Origin: a virus
Taxonomy: Duplodnaviria; Caudoviricetes
Virus record (IMG/VR): IMGVR_UViG_3300031644_001201
Span: 1 to 29,823 of that record
Reading direction: 5' to 3' (one strand)
DNA: 29,823 nt
The stretch's first letter is position 1. Every line of letters begins with the position of its first letter. This document shows positions 24,003-29,823 of the stretch, in pieces. Position numbers and translations under genes: made by a program. A model generated the notes under the pieces. That model made no database searches and was not told the origin of the DNA. It saw only the letters and a list, made by a program, of their open reading frames with translations.

Positions 24003-24319
24003 TCATGCTGCCGCGCCTTGAAGCCCAGGGCCAGATCGACGCGATCGTCGCTGCCCAGCTGGCCCAGCCGGTGAGCGGCGCCAATGATTTCCAAGTGCAG
24101 GCGCAGATCGAGCAGCGCGAGGAAATCATGGCGCGGCTGAAGGCCACGGTCCGCGGTGAAGCACCGCCGGAGCCCAAGCAGCTCGGCCCGCAAGAACTGG
24201 CGGCCATGGGGATCGGTGTGCGCACCGAAGAAGGCCCCGGCGCGGTGATCGCCGATCTTGATAGCTGGCTTGGCAACAGCCCTTCAGAACCTTCTGAGGA
24301 GCGTCTGAGCGATGGCTGA
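23888..24319 (+). CDS. Tail assembly chaperone second ORF (gpT-like, -1 frame)
   Basis: -1 frame open from at least 23795; own ATG 23888 with GAGG; overlaps TMP start. Confidence 0.6.
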   Translation: MAEPPDWGTIISRLQRFYGGQPQDWLERVPAALVRAFVIMLPRLEAQGQIDAIVAAQLAQPVSGANDFQVQAQIEQREEIMARLKATVRGEAPPEPKQLGPQELAAMGIGVRTEEGPGAVIADLDSWLGNSPSEPSEERLSDG

Positions 24320-26498
24320 GAAGCTGGGAGATGCCGTCCTAGAGCTGCGCACGGATGATAGCCGGTTCAATGCTGGCATCGCCCAGGCCGAAGGCCGCGC
24401 CAAGGTGCTGGGCGCGACGCTCGACAAGACTTCGGGCAGCTCGGTCAAGCTGGCAGCGGAGATGCGCCAGACCGGGCAAAGCGCAGCGCAGATGAGCGCA
24501 GGGTTCGATCAGGCCGGGCAGAAGGTCATCAATTCGGCGGGGCAGCAGCGCGCCGGGATGCAGCAGCTGAGCTTCCAGCTCAATGATATCGCCACGATGT
24601 ATGCGCTGGGCGCGCGGCCGATGCAGATCTTCGCCTCGCAATCGGGGCAGGTGATCCAGGCGGTGCAGATGATGACGGGCGGCACCAGCCGCCTTGCTGC
24701 CTTCCTCGGCGGGCCGTGGGGGCTGGCCATCACTTCGGCGGTGATCGTGCTGACCCCGTTCATCGGCAAGCTGTTCGAGGGAGAGAAGGCGCTCAAGGCA
24801 GTCGAATTCGCATCGGACAAGATGGCTGATGCGCAATCGATCCTTGGCAGCGTGATCGACACCACCACCGGCAAGATCAACACCCAGTCGCAGGCGCTGT
24901 GGAACCTTGCCCGGGCGCAGGCCGCCGCCGGGCGCATTGCCGCCGAGCGCGAAGCGGCGCAGGCCCGTTCGCAGCTGGCCGATGTGCGGCGCGGCTCACT
25001 GCAGCTGCAGGGCGGCATGGGCGGCGGGATCAACCTTGTGCGGCAGGGCGACGGCACGCAGGATGTGGTCGGCGATTTCATGGAAGGCCGCGTTGGCGCA
25101 TCCTTTGCCATCGGCACCCTGCGCAGCCGCCGCAACGCCGGGATGATCAGCGACGAGGCCTTTCTCAAGGCAGTCGAGCCGATCGTGAATTCGCAGATGG
25201 CCGAGCGCAATATCGAGGTTTTCACCAATCTCGAAGGCGCGCTGAATGGCGACCGGCAGGCCTTGCAGGGCTTTATGCAGCCGGGTTCTGCGGGCGGCGG
25301 GCGTAGCGGGCGCGAACGCGCAGGCCAAAGCCAGGAGGAAATCGACGCCCGCTTCCAGACCGATTTCGTGCGCGTCACCCAGCAGATCCTCAGCGCCCGG
25401 CTGCGCGTGGCGACCAGCGCCGAAGAACGCGCCGAGCTGCAGGCCCGCATGGTCGCCTGGGACGAGCGCGAGGCGATTGATGCGATTGCCGCTCGCAAGG
25501 ATCTGAGCGATGCCCAGAAGGCCGAACTGGAGGCCGCGGTGCGGCGGCTCGCCGATCGCGAGATCGAGGCCATCGAGTTCGACAAGAACATCCAGCTGGC
25601 CCGCGATGCGCAGGCGCTGGCTGATGAGCGCGCGCGCGGCGAGGCCGAGGCGCTCCAGAATTCCATGGTGCTCGCCGACACCGAGGCCCAGCGCAAGGCG
25701 ATCGCGCTGCGCCTGCTCGATGCCGAGGAGCGGCTCGAACGGCTGCGGCTTTCCACCATCATCGCCGCCGCCGAAACCGATGAGGCCGAGCGCCAGCGGG
25801 CGCAGCAGGCGCTGGCCAATCTCGATGCCAATGCCGCCGGTCGGCGCGCGGCTGTATCCCGCGCCAACGAGACCGAGGTCGAGCGTTACACCCGCAATCT
25901 CAACGCCACGCCCGAGATGATCAACGAGGCGATCGACGGGATCGGCATCGATGGGCTCGAAGCGCTCAACGATGGTCTCACCCGCGCGATCATGGGCGCG
26001 GAGAGCCTCGGCGATATGTTCAGCCGGGTGGCCGACCAGATCGTTGCCGATCTGCTGCGGATTGCGATCCAGCAAACGATCATCCGCCCGCTCGCCACGC
26101 TGCTGTTCGGCGGGACTGGCGGCGGCGGTGGCGGTGGTGGCCTGCTGTCGGCGCTGTTTGCCGGGCTGTTCGGCGGCGGTTTTGCCAATGGCGGGACCAT
26201 CGAGCGCGGCAAGTTCGGCATTGTCGGAGAGCGCGGGCCGGAGCTGGCCTTCGCCTCGGGCAGCGGGCTCGGCATCATGTCGAACGGCGAATCGCGCCGC
26301 CTGATCGGCACCCAGCAGGGCGGCGGCACCAGCGTTTCGATCCCCATCAATATCGATGCCACCGGGGCCGATGCCGCCGCGCTTGAGCGCGTGCGCAGCG
26401 AGATCGCGCAGCTGCGCGAGGAACTGCCCGAACGCATCGTTCGCACCGTCCAGGACGCGAGCGACCGGCGCATCATCAATGTCGGAGGCCTGCGATGA
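24312..26498 (+). CDS. Tape measure protein (lambda-like)
   Basis: QLSFQLNDIATM...PMQIFASQSGQ; Ala-rich helices; FANGG...IVGERGPEL. Confidence 0.9.
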   Translation: MAEKLGDAVLELRTDDSRFNAGIAQAEGRAKVLGATLDKTSGSSVKLAAEMRQTGQSAAQMSAGFDQAGQKVINSAGQQRAGMQQLSFQLNDIATMYALGARPMQIFASQSGQVIQAVQMMTGGTSRLAAFLGGPWGLAITSAVIVLTPFIGKLFEGEKALKAVEFASDKMADAQSILGSVIDTTTGKINTQSQALWNLARAQAAAGRIAAEREAAQARSQLADVRRGSLQLQGGMGGGINLVRQGDGTQDVVGDFMEGRVGASFAIGTLRSRRNAGMISDEAFLKAVEPIVNSQMAERNIEVFTNLEGALNGDRQALQGFMQPGSAGGGRSGRERAGQSQEEIDARFQTDFVRVTQQILSARLRVATSAEERAELQARMVAWDEREAIDAIAARKDLSDAQKAELEAAVRRLADREIEAIEFDKNIQLARDAQALADERARGEAEALQNSMVLADTEAQRKAIALRLLDAEERLERLRLSTIIAAAETDEAERQRAQQALANLDANAAGRRAAVSRANETEVERYTRNLNATPEMINEAIDGIGIDGLEALNDGLTRAIMGAESLGDMFSRVADQIVADLLRIAIQQTIIRPLATLLFGGTGGGGGGGGLLSALFAGLFGGGFANGGTIERGKFGIVGERGPELAFASGSGLGIMSNGESRRLIGTQQGGGTSVSIPINIDATGADAAALERVRSEIAQLREELPERIVRTVQDASDRRIINVGGLR

Positions 26499-27190
26499 TC
26501 CTGCCTTTTCCCGAAACGCCCAGCGGCATCGCCCGCGTCAATCTCGATATCGCCCGGGTGGATTTCGCCGCGCCGCAGGCGGGCGGGCGGCAGGGCGGGG
26601 TGCAGGCGGGCTGGCCGCTGTGGGCCGCGCGGTTCGAGCTGGACCGCAGCGATCCCGACAGCGCCGATCTGTGGCGCGCGTTTTTTGCGCGGATGCGCGG
26701 CCGCACCCGGCGGTTCTATTGCGGCGATCCGACGCGGCGGATGCCGAAGCTTTATCGTGCTGGATTTGCCGGGATGGCGCGCGCGGTTGGCGGGGCGTTC
26801 GATGGCAGCGCGCTCGGCTGGTCGCAGACGATCCTGCCCGGCGGCGATGCACGCATCACCCTGACCGGCCTGCCTGCGGGGCTGGAAATCAGCATCGGCG
26901 ATTACATCGGTTTCCTGTGGGATGCTGCCGGTGCGCCAGCAGGCAATTTCGACCGCCGCACGATGGCGCGCGCAGTGCTGCCCGCCACTGCCGGGGCTGG
27001 CGGCGTCGCGCAGGTGATCGCCGAGCCGCCGCTCGATCCGCTGGTGGTGCCAGCGGGCGCGGTGGCGGATTTCGTCAACCCGGTGTGCGTGATGCAGCTG
27101 GTGCCCGAAGAGAGCGAGCTCGGCCCGATCGGCAAGGGCGCGGCGCTGGGCGGCGGGCGGATCAGCGCGATTCAGGATCTGAGACCGTGA
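26495..27190 (+). CDS. Distal tail-like protein
   Basis: ATGA-coupled to TMP; WRAFFARMRG...F..GDP.R pattern. Confidence 0.7.
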   Translation: MILPFPETPSGIARVNLDIARVDFAAPQAGGRQGGVQAGWPLWAARFELDRSDPDSADLWRAFFARMRGRTRRFYCGDPTRRMPKLYRAGFAGMARAVGGAFDGSALGWSQTILPGGDARITLTGLPAGLEISIGDYIGFLWDAAGAPAGNFDRRTMARAVLPATAGAGGVAQVIAEPPLDPLVVPAGAVADFVNPVCVMQLVPEESELGPIGKGAALGGGRISAIQDLRP

Positions 27191-27200
27191 GGGCTTTGGC

Positions 27201-27845
27201 ATGAAGGTCTTCACCCCTGCCGCGCTGGCCGCGCTGGATAATGGCGATGCCATTGTCTCGGGTGCCGTGGAAATCGGATCAAACCCGCCGATCCGTGTGT
27301 GGGGCGGGCATGGCCCGATCACGTTTGGTGGCCGCACCTTCGAAGGCGTCGGCGATCGCGGCATTGCCCAGGTGGCAGGCGGCGCGCTGGGCGGTGCGGC
27401 GCAGAACATCACGCTGACGCTTTCGGGTATTGATCCTGAAACGCTGGCGCTGCTTGATGCCGATGCGGTCAAAGGCGCGTCCACCGTGCTGTGGCGGCTG
27501 ATCTTCGATGAAAGCGGCACCAGCCTGCTCGATTTCCATGTCTGGGCGCGCGGGCGGCTGGATACCCTTCCGCAGGAAGATGAAATCGGCGGCACGGCTG
27601 CGATCACGGCCCAGCTCGAAACCGCAGCGCGCGGCCTTGGCAAGCGCGGCGGGCGGATGCGCTCGGATGCCGATCAGCGCCTGATCGATCCCGCTGACGG
27701 GTTTTTCAAGAACGTCTCATTCGCCGCTGAGAAGCAGCTTTACTGGGGCGGGCGCAGGCCCGCGCGCGCCGGATCGGTGCTGCCCGGCGGCGGCGGCGGG
27801 ATCACCCCCGGCGGCGAGCTGTTCCCCGAAGTGAGGCTGCAATGA
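27201..27845 (+). CDS. Tail tip / hub protein
   Basis: VWGG.G, LTLSGID, DQR...P.D.FF, WG motifs. Confidence 0.7.
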   Translation: MKVFTPAALAALDNGDAIVSGAVEIGSNPPIRVWGGHGPITFGGRTFEGVGDRGIAQVAGGALGGAAQNITLTLSGIDPETLALLDADAVKGASTVLWRLIFDESGTSLLDFHVWARGRLDTLPQEDEIGGTAAITAQLETAARGLGKRGGRMRSDADQRLIDPADGFFKNVSFAAEKQLYWGGRRPARAGSVLPGGGGGITPGGELFPEVRLQ

Positions 27846-28255
27846 ACGGGCGCGATCTTCAGGCGCTGATCGCCATGATCGAAGCCCGGCAGGCGCGGCC
27901 TTTCCGCTGGGGCACGAATGATTGCGTGCGGTACGCGGGCGCTGGCATCGCGGCGCAGACCGGGCGCGATCCGCTGGCCGATGTGCCGCGCTGGAACAAC
28001 CGGCGCGAGGCATTGGCGATCACCGATCAGATGGGCGGGCTGATCGCTGCGCTTGATGCCCGGTTCGAACGCATCCCGCTCGCCTTCGCACAGCGCGGCG
28101 ATATCGCCGGGATCGAACATCGCCTGTTCGGCGTCGGCCTGATGATTATCGAAGGGCAGACGCTGGTCGGCCCCGGGCGGCACGGCAATCAGCGGCTGCC
28201 GCGAAGTGCGATGGAGATCGCCTGGTCTGCCCTCTCAGCCGGGGAGCGCGGCTGA
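27842..28255 (+). CDS. NlpC/P60-like tail tip protein
   Basis: PFRWGTNDC, AQRGDI. Confidence 0.75.
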   Translation: MNGRDLQALIAMIEARQARPFRWGTNDCVRYAGAGIAAQTGRDPLADVPRWNNRREALAITDQMGGLIAALDARFERIPLAFAQRGDIAGIEHRLFGVGLMIIEGQTLVGPGRHGNQRLPRSAMEIAWSALSAGERG

Positions 28256-29823
28256 TGCCCAAGCTGGTTGCCGCCGTTAAGCTGATCAGCGTCCTGATCG
28301 GATCGATCAAGGTGACGGCCTCGTTCAAGCTGATTGCCACCGTCGCGCTGGTCGGGTTCTCGCTGCTGAACAAGCCGGGGCGGCCGCGCCGCGATGCGCT
28401 GGCCGCCACCCTGCAGACCGGCGAAGTGGCCCGGCAGGGCGTGTTCGGGCGCGCGGCGGTGGCGGGATCGCTGGTCGATGCGTTCAATTTCGGCGGGAAA
28501 TACGGCACCGACTGGGAAGTGCTGGTGATCGCGCTCGCCGATCACCGCTGCGATGCGCTGGAAGGCTTCTTTGTCGATGATGCGTTCCACACCTTTACCG
28601 GCGATGGTGCGGTGCCGGGCTTTAACGGCCAGCTCGAAGTCTATTTCCGCGATGGCCGCTGGGATCAGGAAGTGCCCTCGATCCTCACCACGCATGGGCC
28701 GGGCTGGACGCCGAATGATCGCGGCCGGGGCGTCGCCTGGGCGGTGGTCGCCTACAAGGCCGATGACGAAAAGGCCAAGACGCCAATCTGGGAAGGGCGG
28801 CGGCCAAGCTTTCAGTTCGTGCTGCGCGGCCTTCGGGCCTATCAGGCGCGCAAGGATAGCAGCATTGGCGGCAGCGGCGCGCATCGCTGGGATAATCCGG
28901 CCACGCGCGAGTGGACCGAAAACCCGATCGACATCCGCCACACCTGGGTGCGCGGGATCTATGCCGGAGACCGGGTGAACCAGCCCGAGATGCTGCTGCT
29001 GGGGCGCGGCCTTTCGCCGATCGAAGCACCGCCGCAAAATGTGTTCGCCCGCGCCAATCTGTGCGACGAGCTGGTGGATGGCGAGCCGCGATATCGCATC
29101 GGCGGCGTGGTATCGGCGGATGAACCTTACATCGAGACCGAGAGCGATTTCGCGGCATCATGCGGCGGGGTGATTTCCCAGCCCGAGGGCGCGGTCGAGG
29201 TTGACCCGGGCGAGGCGCGCGCGCCGGTGGCCCATTTCACCGATCGCGATCTGATCGTCGGCAGCCGGGTGAGCTGGTCGGAGTTTCTCGGCATTGGCGA
29301 TGAAGGCTGGGTCAACACTGTCATCGCCCGGTTTGTCGATCCGGCCCAGCGCTGGCGGACGCGCGGTGCGCCGGTGCGCCGCGAGACGGCCGACATCATC
29401 GCCGATGGCGGCCCGCGCGAGCAGACGCTTACTCTCACACTTGTCACTTATCTGCGCCAGAGCGAGCGCCTTGCCGAAATCGCCCGGCGGCTCGGGCGCC
29501 TGTGGGCGCGCGGCACGGTGACACTGCCGCCGCGCTTTGCCGGGATCGAGGAAGGCGATTGGGTCACCTGGCAATCGGACCGCTATTTGAAGGGCGCGAC
29601 GCGCACCTTTCGGGTGGAAGCGTGGGGATCGGATCAAGGCTGGCGTCACCAGCTGACCCTGCGCCAGATCTCGGCGAGCGTTTTCAGCGACACCGCGCCG
29701 CTTGATGATGGCGTGATTGCCGCGCAGCAGCCTGCGCCGCCTGCGCTTCAGCCGCCGATTGCCGGGGCCTGGGCGCTTTCGGCCACCACCATCGCGGCGG
29801 GCGGCGTGCGCGTGCCTGCGCTG
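28255..29823 (+). CDS. Central tail fibre / host-specificity J-like protein (3' truncated; not in ORF track)
   Basis: ATG overlapping upstream TGA; reads open to window end (523 codons): VFGRAAVAGS, WTENP, ANLCDELV, RYRIGG. Confidence 0.85.
   Translation, partial: MPKLVAAVKLISVLIGSIKVTASFKLIATVALVGFSLLNKPGRPRRDALAATLQTGEVARQGVFGRAAVAGSLVDAFNFGGKYGTDWEVLVIALADHRCDALEGFFVDDAFHTFTGDGAVPGFNGQLEVYFRDGRWDQEVPSILTTHGPGWTPNDRGRGVAWAVVAYKADDEKAKTPIWEGRRPSFQFVLRGLRAYQARKDSSIGGSGAHRWDNPATREWTENPIDIRHTWVRGIYAGDRVNQPEMLLLGRGLSPIEAPPQNVFARANLCDELVDGEPRYRIGGVVSADEPYIETESDFAASCGGVISQPEGAVEVDPGEARAPVAHFTDRDLIVGSRVSWSEFLGIGDEGWVNTVIARFVDPAQRWRTRGAPVRRETADIIADGGPREQTLTLTLVTYLRQSERLAEIARRLGRLWARGTVTLPPRFAGIEEGDWVTWQSDRYLKGATRTFRVEAWGSDQGWRHQLTLRQISASVFSDTAPLDDGVIAAQQPAPPALQPPIAGAWALSATTIAAGGVRVPAL

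Larger units (their letters stand above)
1..29823 (+). mobile_element. Mu-like transposable prophage (partial; both ends outside window)
   Basis: MuA/MuB pair, GemA, Mor, gp26/gp27/gp28-like genes and head-tail modules in Mu-like order; dense ATGA/GTGA translational coupling throughout. Confidence 0.95.

Noticed and set aside
26110-26180. GGC/GGT repeats
   Set aside because: Encode an ordinary poly-Gly linker in the tape measure protein
25886-27643. 585-aa minus-strand ORF
   Set aside because: Spans three well-supported plus-strand tail genes; biased R/P/A/S composition
1-29823. Mu ends (TG...CA), CRISPR array, tRNA, reverse transcriptase/DGR, gin invertase, mom, known defence systems
   Set aside because: None recognised; the window starts at the repressor stop and ends inside the tail-tip gene, so ends and right-arm cargo lie outside

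Overview
The whole window is the left ~30 kb of a high-GC Mu-like transposable (pro)phage with a siphovirus-type tail, probably from an alphaproteobacterium (inferred from GC content and gene style). Gene order: leftward S24/CI-type repressor, divergent operator region, then a rightward early operon (Cro/Ner-like HTH, ParB-like protein, several small DNA-binding proteins, MuA DDE transposase, MuB ATPase, GemA, Mor/C-type activator). Next come the lysis cassette (endolysin, Rz with embedded Rz1, TraR-like zinc finger, putative holin) and Mu gp25-gp28-like packaging genes. The head module is HK97-type (portal fused to a Mu gpF-like domain, prohead protease, major capsid), followed by neck, major tail, chaperone pair, tape measure and tail-tip genes, truncated at the right edge. 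Neither phage end lies in the window. Most notable: a stand-alone paralogue of the transposase's own end-binding HTH domain, a protease-less tandem LexA-domain protein, an antisense gene nested in the early operon, in-frame palindromes inside the parB-like and portal genes, a shared palindromic late-promoter motif, and the Mu-terminase/HK97-head mosaic. All family calls come from motif recognition by eye; no searches were run.
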